From a bacterium (GTDB taxonomy: Bacteria > Patescibacteriota > Saccharimonadia > Saccharimonadales > UBA4665), in assembly GCA_021790005.1 (NCBI GenBank), contig JAJYIP010000001.1:50623-114622 (forward strand): 64,000 bases of DNA, in the 5' to 3' direction. Within the stretch, counting starts at the first letter, position 1. Each line of letters opens with the position of its first letter. The notes beneath the pieces were generated by a model. The model worked only from the letters and a program-made list of their open reading frames with translations. It ran no database searches and had not been told where the DNA came from. A program made the translations under genes and the position numbers. This document shows, in pieces, positions 18,691 through 28,903 of this stretch.

Positions 18691-21600
18691 CTAGGGATTT
18701 GACGTTGTAGCGGGTGTGGTTGTGCTTTGGTTGGGCGATGGATTGGTCGTTCCGGGAGGGTTAGTAGCAGTTGGTTGTGTGGGTTGGGGAACATAGGTGT
18801 CTTGCATCTGGGTTGTCTGCGAGGCTTGGTAAAGCACGCTGTCCGTTACGGTAGCCGTCACATCAATCGTTCCGGACGTGGCCGGCACATAGTGCAAGGT
18901 AACGGTTGACGGTGATGATACCACCGGGAAAGATTTAACTACACTACCCCCGATACTAATGTCTATCGTGCCACCAAAATTACTACCCCCGAGCGGATGG
19001 GTGCCCTGCGTCGCCGTCGCGACAATCACGCAACCCTGGCCGTTATTATCCAGACTGGAACAGGTTTGTGGCGTCGTCAAGGTTATAGTTGGCGGTTGAT
19101 CGCTACACTGGTGGATGGTGTCATAGGCATTAACTTGTTTTTGCTGGGTGTTAATTGTCTGGTTGGGAGGATAGAAGATGTCGATTGACCAGTTATTGGA
19201 ATCGGCGCCAGTAACAGTCTCCTTGGCGTCTGCTGGCGTACAACTTGTCGCCAAGTCGCCGGAAACTTTATCTAAGACTTGGGTACCGGTATTGGAACCG
19301 CTGCCCGTATACCAACTTGGAAAAATTTCTTTAGTTGGTCCCGGCTCCTCGGAGCCGATGCCCACATGGGTACGCTGGACAAAAGCTGGTAAGACTTTAA
19401 TATCTGCCGGCTGAACCCAGTTGACCGGTTTGGTTTTAATAGTCGACAGCGCCTGTTCAATTAAGGTTCTAGTTAATGGTTCGGTAATGTACTCCATCTG
19501 ACCCTCAACTAATGGTTTGTTGCGGGTGTGGTAGCCAACCCAGCTAACGACTGCATATTGTGTCGTCCAAGCCGTCATTAAACCTTCGAAGTTATAGTTG
19601 GTCGTACCGGTCTTTATGGCTATATCCCAGCCGTTGTAGCGGTGGAACTTATAACCACCGGCCGATAACGGTGAACAATTAAGAGCTGTGCAATATCCGG
19701 GCAAATACGACGCTCTCGGATCGGACAATATATTATCGATGATGTAGGCAGCGTCTGGTTTAACGGCTTGAGTGCCAGCGGGCTGCTTCCATTGGTAGAC
19801 GGTATGACCGGACGCGTCCGTGATATTTAAAATATATGTCTGGGGTAGTGTTTTGCCTAATCTGGCCAAAGTTGCATCACCGTTAACCTGGTGATCGATT
19901 GATATGTAGGCGCCATCACCGATACCGGCTGAGGCATAGCACTGGGTTTCCTGGTTGACTGAAGCTGTTTCAACATTAACACCGGGAACATAACACTTGT
20001 AGGCGTTTTTATAACCAGTCATGGCATCAACGGTATCGACGAACTTTTGTACCGATTTAACATGATCCGGACTAGTGTCGCCGGGAATTTCTTCCATGAC
20101 TGATTTAAGAGCTGGCACATTTCTTGAGCCGCCCAGAGCGTAGCGAATCGTTTCAGCCCCGGGATATCTAAAGTCATAGTCTTCGGCACAGTTGCCGCCG
20201 TTAAGTGGCGTATTGTGGTTAGTGCAAGGATAGCCTGGAATGGGCGACTGCGAATCATATAATACGCTACCGGCGCCGACATTATTATGATTATTTACTA
20301 GGGTCACATAGTTAAATGGTTTAATGCTTGAACCTGGTGAAATATTTATATCGGCATAGTTTATTTGGCCGTATTGCGGGTTATTGAAATTGGTGCCACC
20401 AACCAGAGCTTCGACTTGTCCGGTCTGAACATCTTCCAGTACGGTGGCCTCTTCGTCGGCCCTAGCTCGTTCGATAGTTGGAATATTGTTTTGAATATCT
20501 TGTTCGGCATAATTTTGCAGAGTCGTATTAAGCGTCGTGATAACTTTCCAACCACCGCGGTTGACAGTACTGGCGCCGTACATGCGCTCTAGTTGTTGTT
20601 TAGCTACCATGACGAAATAAGGAGCCTGAATATTTTGGTATTTACCTTGCAGTGGAAACACCTGGCTTAAAATATTCGTATTGATAGCCTGGTATTCCTG
20701 AGCCTGGGTGATATAGCCTTGCTGGTGCATGAGCATTAAGATGTAATCCATGCGACCAATTAACGCTCCTTTACTAAATGAGTTACCGGCTTCAGGATTA
20801 AATTGCGTACTGCCATAGGGAGAATAATAACTCGGTGATTGTGGTATTGCCGCCAGCATAGCGGACTGAGCCAGCGTTAAATTACTGGCATTGGTATGAA
20901 AGTAATCTTCGGCCGCCGCCTGAACACCATACTCGATACCTCCGTACGGTGCCATATTCAAATAACCGGTTAGAATTTGATCCTTAGAGTATTCCCGATT
21001 AATTTCAATCGATAAAATTAACTCCTTAATTTTTCTGGTAATAGTCCGGTTGTCCGTCCAGCCTTCGTTGAGTTTGACTAGCTGTTGGGTAATAGTCGAA
21101 CCGCCTTGCAGCCCGGCACCGACATGCAGGACGTCGTGAAAGGCTGCCCGGAAAATACCGCGGATATCAATTGCACCTTCCGTATAAAAACCCTTATCTT
21201 CTATCGCTACAGTTGCTTCTTTCATGTACGGAGATATCTGATTGCTTGGCACGGGCATGCGTTTGACGGCGTTATAGTCCTGCCAGAGTAGGATTTTGCC
21301 GGTACGATCGTAGTAGCTGATACTGCCGCCCAGGTTTTGGCCGGATATATTCTTGAGTGCAGGTAGATCCTTGCGGTAGTAGGCGAACAGACCAATCGTG
21401 CCGAAGAAGCTGAGTACTATAAAGACACCAATGACCTTCAGGCCCATAATGACGCCTTCTTTTGAAAACCAGTATTCAAGCAAATGCTTTGGCTTTAAGC
21501 GCACCGCCCAGCGTTTCCAGCGTTCCTTAGGTAAACTGGCTAAATACTCGGCTTTGGCGGCATTTCTAGCGGCGTGTTTTTCTTGGCGTCGATTGGTCAG

Positions 21601-21693
21601 GCTGGTGTTTAATTTCATCGACTTGGCACTACGATTACGACCAGTACGGTTGGAATTGGCGCGACGTCTGCCACTACTGTTGTTTCTGTTCAC
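18691..21693 (-). CDS. Class A penicillin-binding protein (glycosyltransferase plus transpeptidase) with long terminal extensions
   Basis: 1000 aa, GTG start with a GAGGGG Shine-Dalgarno. GT51 motifs (EDKGFYTEGAIDIRG, GGSTITQQLVK) and SxxK (SPGSSIKPF). A C-terminal extension of about 300 aa ends in a Pro/Thr-rich tail. Confidence 0.9.
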   Translation of the reverse strand: MNRNNSSGRRRANSNRTGRNRSAKSMKLNTSLTNRRQEKHAARNAAKAEYLASLPKERWKRWAVRLKPKHLLEYWFSKEGVIMGLKVIGVFIVLSFFGTIGLFAYYRKDLPALKNISGQNLGGSISYYDRTGKILLWQDYNAVKRMPVPSNQISPYMKEATVAIEDKGFYTEGAIDIRGIFRAAFHDVLHVGAGLQGGSTITQQLVKLNEGWTDNRTITRKIKELILSIEINREYSKDQILTGYLNMAPYGGIEYGVQAAAEDYFHTNASNLTLAQSAMLAAIPQSPSYYSPYGSTQFNPEAGNSFSKGALIGRMDYILMLMHQQGYITQAQEYQAINTNILSQVFPLQGKYQNIQAPYFVMVAKQQLERMYGASTVNRGGWKVITTLNTTLQNYAEQDIQNNIPTIERARADEEATVLEDVQTGQVEALVGGTNFNNPQYGQINYADINISPGSSIKPFNYVTLVNNHNNVGAGSVLYDSQSPIPGYPCTNHNTPLNGGNCAEDYDFRYPGAETIRYALGGSRNVPALKSVMEEIPGDTSPDHVKSVQKFVDTVDAMTGYKNAYKCYVPGVNVETASVNQETQCYASAGIGDGAYISIDHQVNGDATLARLGKTLPQTYILNITDASGHTVYQWKQPAGTQAVKPDAAYIIDNILSDPRASYLPGYCTALNCSPLSAGGYKFHRYNGWDIAIKTGTTNYNFEGLMTAWTTQYAVVSWVGYHTRNKPLVEGQMEYITEPLTRTLIEQALSTIKTKPVNWVQPADIKVLPAFVQRTHVGIGSEEPGPTKEIFPSWYTGSGSNTGTQVLDKVSGDLATSCTPADAKETVTGADSNNWSIDIFYPPNQTINTQQKQVNAYDTIHQCSDQPPTITLTTPQTCSSLDNNGQGCVIVATATQGTHPLGGSNFGGTIDISIGGSVVKSFPVVSSPSTVTLHYVPATSGTIDVTATVTDSVLYQASQTTQMQDTYVPQPTQPTATNPPGTTNPSPNQSTTTPATTSNP

Positions 21694-21855
21694 TAAGTAC
21701 CCCTCTATTTAGTATCTAAGTATAAGAATTAGGGGACGGCTTGGCAATAAAATCCCTTAACTTTATTTTTATATGCGACGAATACCTACGTTATAAATCT
21801 AAGCTATGCAATAATTAAGACTAATTGGTAAAATATAAGCAGTAACAGGAATATT

Positions 21856-23100
21856 ATGACTTTATCTGATGAGCTGAAGTGGCGGGGTTTTGTTAACCAG
21901 ACGACGCTGGATGATGTTAAGCGGTTGGATGCGCAGAAGTTCACTTTTTATTGGGGTGTAGATCCGAGTGCCGATTCCATGACGGTAGGACATCTGGCAA
22001 TGGCGATGATGGCCAAGCACTTTATTAAGCACGGCCACCAGGCGGTATTGTTGGTCGGTGGTGCTACCGGAATGATCGGCGACCCCGATGGTAAAGCCGA
22101 AGAGCGTACACTGCAAACCCTTGATCAAATTACGAATAATAAAAACGCCATCGCTCGGCAATACAAACAGTTATTTTCCGGACTGCCGTTTAAGTTGGTT
22201 GACAACTATGACTGGTTTAAGAACATGCATTATCTTGAATTTTTAAGAGACGTAGGTAAGCATGTGCCGATGCGCCAAATGCTGGGACGGGAATTTGTGC
22301 AATCCAGGCTGGGAGATAACGGTAGCGGCATAAGCTATGCCGAGTTCAGCTACGTCCTGATTCAGGCCTATGATTTTCTTTATATGCATAGGACTATGGG
22401 CGTCGACCTGCAAATCTGCGGTTCCGACCAATGGGGTAACAGTATTGCCGGCATCGATTTAATCCGGCGTGAAACCGGCGATGAAACCCATGTCTGGTCC
22501 GGTCCACTAATAATTAATCCGCAAACCGGTCGCAAATTCGGTAAGACCGAAGCCGGAGCGGTTTGGCTGGACTTCGCCAAAACGTCAGTAACCGACTTTT
22601 ATCAGTTCTGGGTGAATAGTGACGATGCGGCCGTGGAGCACTACCTAAAAATTTACACCGAACTTACTCAAGATGACATCAGCTCAATTATGCAAGCCCA
22701 AAACGCCGATCCGTCTAAGCGGGTGGCGCAGTTTAAACTGGCCGATGAAGTCACGCAGTTGGTACACGGCGCCAAAGCCATGTTGCTGGCCAAAAACATA
22801 ACATCTTATTTAAATGGTTCGCTAGCTATTGCCCGTGCTAGCAGTGCGGAAATCAAGCAACTGCGCGCTGAAATCCCGTACGTAAAGGTTAAAACGGGAG
22901 ATTCAATGATTGACATTTTGGTTGCCAGCGGACTAGCGAGCAGCAAAACTAATGCCCGCCAGTTACTGGACAGTGGCTCCATCTACCTGAATGGGACCAA
23001 GACTAACCAGTTGGTCTTAAGTGCAACCGACTTGACCGAAAAACGAGCTTTAATCCGGCGGGGCAAAGCCTTTAAAGACAGTGCTCTGATTGAAACTTAA
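21856..23100 (+). CDS. tyrS: Tyrosine--tRNA ligase
   Basis: 414 aa. HIGH-type motif (SMTVGHL), KMSKS-type motif (KFGKT) and a C-terminal S4-like domain. Confidence 0.93.
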   Translation: MTLSDELKWRGFVNQTTLDDVKRLDAQKFTFYWGVDPSADSMTVGHLAMAMMAKHFIKHGHQAVLLVGGATGMIGDPDGKAEERTLQTLDQITNNKNAIARQYKQLFSGLPFKLVDNYDWFKNMHYLEFLRDVGKHVPMRQMLGREFVQSRLGDNGSGISYAEFSYVLIQAYDFLYMHRTMGVDLQICGSDQWGNSIAGIDLIRRETGDETHVWSGPLIINPQTGRKFGKTEAGAVWLDFAKTSVTDFYQFWVNSDDAAVEHYLKIYTELTQDDISSIMQAQNADPSKRVAQFKLADEVTQLVHGAKAMLLAKNITSYLNGSLAIARASSAEIKQLRAEIPYVKVKTGDSMIDILVASGLASSKTNARQLLDSGSIYLNGTKTNQLVLSATDLTEKRALIRRGKAFKDSALIET

Positions 23101-23124
23101 ACAGGTTAAACGGTTGAACTGGTC

Positions 23125-25158
23125 ATGAAACTGACGGACCCGATCGATTCCTTACCTGGCGTTGGCGTAAAGCTTAGTACGGCTTTTGCCCTCAAGGGTA
23201 TCACGACGCTGCAAGATCTGTTGTTTTATCTTCCCAGACGTCACGACGACTACAGTCACATTACACCGCTTTACAAAATAAGACCCGGACCGGTCAGTTT
23301 GCAGGGGCGTATCAATAACCTGAAAACCCGGCGTATCCGGCGTAATTTAGCCATTACTGAGGGCATCGCGACCGATGGGACCGATAGCGTCAAACTGGTG
23401 TGGTTCAATCAGCCGTATCGCCAAGGTGCCATTAAGAGCGACCAGGACTACTTTATCTCCGGACAGTATAAATTATCCAATCACCACTACTCGATTATTA
23501 ATCCGAGCGTTGAGCTGGTCAGTGATTTGCCGGTACAGAGCGCCCGCATTTTACCCATATATCCGGAATCTAAAAGCCTGAAATCCACCCAGATCCGTCG
23601 TTTAATGACGAATGTCTTGACCTTGACTGCAACTGTTAAGGAATTTATGCCAGAGTATGTCAGTGACGAATTGAACCTGATGAGCTACGCTGACGCTCTG
23701 GCTACGCTACATTACCCACCCAGCATGGCTAAGCTGGAAGAGGCCAAGCTCAGGCTTAACTTTAATGAATTGTTCCCGCTCATGCTGGCTAACGAACTGT
23801 CGATGCAAGACATGAACCGGCTAAACGCTACTCCAATAGCCTTTAAAGTTCAACTGGCCAAGTCGTTTGTAGACAAGCTGCCTTTTCGCCTAACGGATGA
23901 TCAACGGCGGGTTATCTGGCAAATTTATCAGGATATGGAATCAGACAAACCAATGAACCGCTTAGTCGAAGGCGATGTCGGTAGCGGCAAAACCGTGGTG
24001 GCGGTCATGGCGGCTGTCATGGCTATGGACGAAGGGTATAAGGTGGCGTTTATGGCCCCAACCGAACTGTTGGCTAAACAACACGCCAACACGATCGCCA
24101 AACTACTCAAGCCACTGGGACTAGGTGAGCGTTTGGTACTTCTGACTGGTAGTATGACCAAAGCTAAAAAAAAGCTGGCGATCGATCAGGCGAATCATAC
24201 TCCCGGCAGTTTGATCATCGGCACGCACAGCCTGCTTAGTAGCGGCGTCGATTGGCATGATCTGGCTTTACTGATCATTGACGAACAGCACCGTTTTGGC
24301 GTAGATCAAAGAATGGAAATCCAAAAACAAGCCAGTCATGTGCCACATTTTCTAAGCATTACTGCCACACCAATACCTCGCTCGTTAGCTTTAACGGTAT
24401 TGTCCGATCTTAAATTGTCGCAACTAAAAACCAAGCCGGACCGTCGACAGGAAATAATTACGTCTTTGGTTGCCCCGTCAGGCTTTGATCGTTTTCTGGC
24501 AAAACTAAAAGACGAGCTGACGGCTGGTCATCAGGCTTACATTGTCTGTCCGTACATTAAAGCCAATGACAACCATGACGGTCTCGACCTTGAGAGTTTA
24601 GCGCAGCGTTATGCTAAGCTGTTGCCGCAATTTGACCAAGGAGTACTGCATGGCCAAATGCCGCCAGAAGAACAAACTGCCGTCATGCAGGATTTTTTAA
24701 GTGGTAAGCTCAATTTGCTTATCGCCACAACCGTTATTGAAGTGGGGGTTGACGTGCCCAATGCTACGCTCATGGGTATTTACGGGCCGGAACGTTTCGG
24801 ACTGGCTCAGCTACATCAATTGAGGGGAAGAGTAGGGCGTAGTCATGTTCAAAGCTTCTGTTACTTAATTCAAGCAGATGACAGTGAGCCGCTGCCCCGG
24901 CTTAGAGAATTTGTCCGACTGACTGACGGTTTCGCTTTAAGTGAACTGGATCTTAAATTAAGGGGTCCAGGCGCTATATATGGCAAGCTGCAACACGGCC
25001 AGGCCGGCTTTAATCTAACCACGCTTGATGATGCTAGACTGGTCGGATTGGTCAAGCAAGCCGTGGATCTATTCTTCAAAAGACGGCTTAATCTGGTAAA
25101 CTATAAGTATCTATCGCAACTTGTTAAAAGCGCGCAGCATATAACCTATTTGAATTAA
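23125..25158 (+). CDS. recG: ATP-dependent DNA helicase RecG
   Basis: 677 aa. Wedge domain followed by SF2 helicase motifs (GDVGSGKT, DEQHRFG, TATPIPR, QLHQLRGRVGR). Confidence 0.93.
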   Translation: MKLTDPIDSLPGVGVKLSTAFALKGITTLQDLLFYLPRRHDDYSHITPLYKIRPGPVSLQGRINNLKTRRIRRNLAITEGIATDGTDSVKLVWFNQPYRQGAIKSDQDYFISGQYKLSNHHYSIINPSVELVSDLPVQSARILPIYPESKSLKSTQIRRLMTNVLTLTATVKEFMPEYVSDELNLMSYADALATLHYPPSMAKLEEAKLRLNFNELFPLMLANELSMQDMNRLNATPIAFKVQLAKSFVDKLPFRLTDDQRRVIWQIYQDMESDKPMNRLVEGDVGSGKTVVAVMAAVMAMDEGYKVAFMAPTELLAKQHANTIAKLLKPLGLGERLVLLTGSMTKAKKKLAIDQANHTPGSLIIGTHSLLSSGVDWHDLALLIIDEQHRFGVDQRMEIQKQASHVPHFLSITATPIPRSLALTVLSDLKLSQLKTKPDRRQEIITSLVAPSGFDRFLAKLKDELTAGHQAYIVCPYIKANDNHDGLDLESLAQRYAKLLPQFDQGVLHGQMPPEEQTAVMQDFLSGKLNLLIATTVIEVGVDVPNATLMGIYGPERFGLAQLHQLRGRVGRSHVQSFCYLIQADDSEPLPRLREFVRLTDGFALSELDLKLRGPGAIYGKLQHGQAGFNLTTLDDARLVGLVKQAVDLFFKRRLNLVNYKYLSQLVKSAQHITYLN

Positions 25159-25162
25159 TTAG

Positions 25163-25978
25163 ATGTATTCAGGATCAACACTAACTAAAGCATCCGGTCG
25201 AATCATGGGTGCACATCAGAAAATTGACCGACTGGCCGCCAAGCAACTGAAAAAGTTGCTGAACGATCGGCCGAATAATTTTCCACGCACCAACTACGTT
25301 ATTTTATTTGAAGGCAATAACGGTCCGGATGCCATTAAAAGGAAGAGTCCGTTCGCCAAAGACGAACCCTGGCACTTTATTCAGCCTGATGATGATACGG
25401 ATATTGAACTACTGGCAATTATTAAATACCACTATGACCAGCTGGTCTTAAGTATTCGTGCCAATGATGAAGTTAGAGCTGGTTTTGAGGCGGCTTGGCT
25501 GGCCCATGCCATGGTTGATGGTTTAACACCGGCCCATCATTTTCCTTATGGGGATAAGGTCAGTGAATTGCTCGGAGGGATTAGAATGGATGAACGCGAA
25601 GGTGTCAAAGACAGAATATTAATGTCTGGCGCCAGCGTATCTAAAATGTTGGTTAATAACTGGCGTTTTTGGGGGCCAAAAGGTGTTTTTACAACTCATG
25701 CGGCTTTTGAGCTTGGTATAGCTACGATCCTGAAACCAATCCAATACCCCCAGAATATATGCGATGGCCACCATATGGCTTACGTCGATAGCTCGAATAT
25801 CCGGCAGTGGTATCGCCAGACTGCCAAGTCAGTCAACGAATATGATTTTTACGATCGCTTTTATAAAGACGGCTGGACGAGAAGTTTGGCCAGTGATGTT
25901 AGAAAACAGCTTATACCTGTGCTAGTTAGGGCAGTGGCGTTGGCTTGGTACGGCGCTGCTATTGAAGCTGAGTCTTAA
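25163..25978 (+). CDS. Hypothetical protein (His-rich possible metal site HAMVDGLTPAHH)
   Basis: 271-aa ORF packed between recG (4-nt gap) and rsmD (5-nt gap). I cannot assign a family with confidence. Confidence 0.55.
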   Translation: MYSGSTLTKASGRIMGAHQKIDRLAAKQLKKLLNDRPNNFPRTNYVILFEGNNGPDAIKRKSPFAKDEPWHFIQPDDDTDIELLAIIKYHYDQLVLSIRANDEVRAGFEAAWLAHAMVDGLTPAHHFPYGDKVSELLGGIRMDEREGVKDRILMSGASVSKMLVNNWRFWGPKGVFTTHAAFELGIATILKPIQYPQNICDGHHMAYVDSSNIRQWYRQTAKSVNEYDFYDRFYKDGWTRSLASDVRKQLIPVLVRAVALAWYGAAIEAES

Positions 25979-25983
25979 CTAGT

Positions 25984-26523
25984 ATGCGTGTTATTGGCGG
26001 CAAGTATAAAGGCAGGCTTATTACTTCGCCCAAAACGGTTACGACTCATCCGATGAGTGAAAAGTTGCGCGGAGCAATCTTTGCCACACTGGGAGATATA
26101 GACGGATTGAGTGTGCTGGATGCTTATGCCGGTAGTGGGGCGATAGCCTTTGAGGCCTTAAGCCGTGGCGCCAAAAACGTTCTGGCAATCGAGCCGGACC
26201 GCCTAGCTGCAGTTGCAATTAAAACTAATGCCGACAGACTGAAGCCTAAAAGCCAAGAATTTAAAACGGTTCAAGCATCGATTGAAGGTTGGCTTAATAC
26301 GAGCACGGACCAATTTGATCTAATTATTGCCGATCCACCTTATGATCAGGTGAAAGATCGGGTTTTGCTTAGATTGGCCGAGCGTCTTAAACCTGACGGT
26401 TTGTTGGTTGTGTCATTGCCCGTGCGTCATGACGTTATTTGGCTGAATCGTGACCTGCAAATCCTCAAAGTCAAACAATACGGTGATGCTCAACTGCTAT
26501 TTACGAAGAGCCGACCCGCCTAA
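25984..26523 (+). CDS. rsmD: 16S rRNA (guanine966-N2)-methyltransferase RsmD
   Basis: 179 aa. SAM-binding VLDAYAGSGA and catalytic DPPY (IIADPPYD). Confidence 0.88.
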   Translation: MRVIGGKYKGRLITSPKTVTTHPMSEKLRGAIFATLGDIDGLSVLDAYAGSGAIAFEALSRGAKNVLAIEPDRLAAVAIKTNADRLKPKSQEFKTVQASIEGWLNTSTDQFDLIIADPPYDQVKDRVLLRLAERLKPDGLLVVSLPVRHDVIWLNRDLQILKVKQYGDAQLLFTKSRPA

Positions 26524-26531
26524 CAATAAAT

Positions 26532-27257
26532 TCAAACCTTATTGGTTGGTGTATTTTTAAAGCTGACGATTTGATGGTAGAGAATAGCCGGCATGAACGC
26601 GGTTACATATGAGAGCGTGCTTAAAAATATTACGCCAAAAGTTAGTGACGAAAACAAAATATCCAGCACAATTAAGATTAACAAGGTGAGTAGATAGACG
26701 TTCCAGATATCTTCAAAGTATGGTTTAGTAGCAGTTAAAGACATTTTAAATATTTCAGCTAAACTAAGGTTGGGATTGTCAGCTGCGAAGTACGGCATGA
26801 GAATCAGGCGCGGGAAGAAGACAATGAAAGGCACGATTAGCGCCAGTATGGACAAAATTAGTCCTATGTAACTAACAGCGGCGCTTAACAGGATCTTGCT
26901 ATACTTTTGCTTGCCGATTCTATAGCATTCAGCTAGAGTTGGCGGCGTACGTTTTTTGGCGGACTCGTTGAAAAAATAAATTGCCGGGCTATAGTTAATT
27001 ATCTGCCAGATAGTACCCAGTACTATCAAGCTAATGCCTAAGTACAAATTATTATCTAGTACATGATCCTTGGTATAATTAATCGCTCCACTATGAAAAT
27101 ACAATGAGCCTAAAGCTGTCACTAATGATGGCAGTAAAAGCATAATGCCGATTTGCTCATATCCCTTTAGGCATAGGGAATAACTCTGCATCAGTATATC
27201 TAGACTTGGCATGAGTTTGTGTTTGTTGGGCATCGTGGAATTTTGAGTTGACTTCAT
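26532..27257 (-). CDS. Hypothetical polytopic membrane protein
   Basis: 241-aa ORF with about 5-6 hydrophobic segments. I recognise no family. Confidence 0.6.
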   Translation of the reverse strand: MKSTQNSTMPNKHKLMPSLDILMQSYSLCLKGYEQIGIMLLLPSLVTALGSLYFHSGAINYTKDHVLDNNLYLGISLIVLGTIWQIINYSPAIYFFNESAKKRTPPTLAECYRIGKQKYSKILLSAAVSYIGLILSILALIVPFIVFFPRLILMPYFAADNPNLSLAEIFKMSLTATKPYFEDIWNVYLLTLLILIVLDILFSSLTFGVIFLSTLSYVTAFMPAILYHQIVSFKNTPTNKV

Positions 27258-27389
27258 CTACTGAAGCTTAGCATATTTTCTTATGCGCTCACTAAATAAA
27301 TGTATTAAGCTAACAGGCGATGGTTTTGTGTTATGCTTTATCTGTTAAGTAGGATAAAATACTTAAATTAAGCCAATTATACAGTGTAC

Positions 27390-27473
27390 GCGCGGGTGGC
27401 GAAACGGTAGACGCACTAGCCTTAGGAGCTAGCGGGGCAACCCATGGAGGTTCAAGTCCTCTCCCGCGCACCA
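27390..27473 (+). tRNA. tRNA-Leu (anticodon UAG), class II long variable arm, CCA encoded
   Basis: Folded by hand. Acceptor GCGCGGG/CCCGCGC, anticodon stem CTAGC/GCTAG with loop CTTAGGA (anticodon TAG), 13-nt variable arm, T arm GGAGG-TTCAAGT-CCTCT, discriminator A plus CCA. 84 nt in total. Confidence 0.92.
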
Positions 27474-27511
27474 GATATATAACTACTAACAAACCATAGG
27501 CAACTCTAAGT

Positions 27512-28807
27512 ATGAAACTTCCAACAGCGCCCTACAAAGGAGCGCGTGATTTTTATCCGGAGGATAAACGCCGCCAGGACTATATGTTCGGCGTGCTCAG
27601 GCGTGTCGTCAAAAGTTACGGCTATGAAGAGTATGACGCCCCTATTCTAGAGGCGTTAGATCTATACAAGGCTAAAAGCGGCCAGGAAATTGTTAGTGAG
27701 CAAACCTATAGTTTTGTCGATCGAGGCGGGCGCGAAGTGGCAATTCGTCCGGAAATGACGCCGACAGTCAGCCGCATGGTGGCGGCCAAACGTCAAGAAC
27801 TCGCGTATCCGCTGCGTTGGTTTTCAATTCCCAACCTTTGGCGTTACGAACGACCCCAGCGCGGTCGATTGCGCGAGCACTGGCAACTTAACGTGGATAT
27901 TTTCGGTGTGGCCAATACTAACGCTGAGTTGGAACTTATCTTTGTGGCCGACGACATTTTCCAGTCCTTTCATGCCACCCGTGAGATGTACCAGATTAAA
28001 ATAAACCACCGTCAGCTAACCGACTACATCCTGAGTGATTATTTACAGCTAACTCATGAGCAAGGTTACGCTTTAATTAAGCTGATTGATCGTAAATCTA
28101 AAATGGAACCGTTTCGTTTCATTGAACAATTGGACGCAATACTGACCCCTGAACAAAAACAAAACTCGCTGAGCGAAAAACTGCTTGACGTGCTTGACGC
28201 CAAAGATATCCAAGGCCTACCAAAAGAATTGTTAAATTGCCCACCGGCGTTGGAGTTAAGCGCTATGATCCAGTCGTTAGTCGCCCACGGACTGACTAAC
28301 GTTATATTCGACCCGACAATAATGCGCGGCTTTGACTATTACAGCGGCATCGTGTTTGAGGTTTTTGATACCCATCCGGATAATAACCGCTCCATGATGG
28401 GCGGCGGACGTTATGACGGCCTGGTTGGTATGTTCGGAGTTGATCCGGTTCCGACCGCCGGGTTTGGTCTAGGCGACGCCACACTGGCTAACTTCATAGA
28501 ACTACACAACCTGATGCCTAAGTTAGCCAATGAAACCGTACTCTACATCGCCGTCTTACTTGATGAAATTGAGGCGGGCTTAGCTATTGCCAGACGTTTT
28601 AGGCAAGCAGGTATTAATTGCGCCATTGACGTTAGCGGACGCAAACTCGGCGATCAACTTAAAACCGCTCAAAAAAAGCAAATCAATAACGTCCTGATCA
28701 TCGGACCGGATGAGATCAAGGCCAACAAGTATACTCTTAAAAATATGGATAGCTCTAAGGAAGTAAAACTCACACTCGATCAGGTTGTATTAAAGCTAAC
28801 CAAATAA
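27512..28807 (+). CDS. hisS: Histidine--tRNA ligase
   Basis: 431 aa. Class II motifs (RPEMTPT, WRYERPQRGRLREHWQ, GGGRYD) and a C-terminal anticodon-binding domain. Confidence 0.92.
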   Translation: MKLPTAPYKGARDFYPEDKRRQDYMFGVLRRVVKSYGYEEYDAPILEALDLYKAKSGQEIVSEQTYSFVDRGGREVAIRPEMTPTVSRMVAAKRQELAYPLRWFSIPNLWRYERPQRGRLREHWQLNVDIFGVANTNAELELIFVADDIFQSFHATREMYQIKINHRQLTDYILSDYLQLTHEQGYALIKLIDRKSKMEPFRFIEQLDAILTPEQKQNSLSEKLLDVLDAKDIQGLPKELLNCPPALELSAMIQSLVAHGLTNVIFDPTIMRGFDYYSGIVFEVFDTHPDNNRSMMGGGRYDGLVGMFGVDPVPTAGFGLGDATLANFIELHNLMPKLANETVLYIAVLLDEIEAGLAIARRFRQAGINCAIDVSGRKLGDQLKTAQKKQINNVLIIGPDEIKANKYTLKNMDSSKEVKLTLDQVVLKLTK

Positions 28808-28903
28808 ACCTAATCAGTTCCTAATAATTTTGTTCTGTATTCTTTCTATCCCGCTTGTGCTATATTACAAATAATTCCCTAGCCTATTATGTGAGGGGTA
28901 AAG

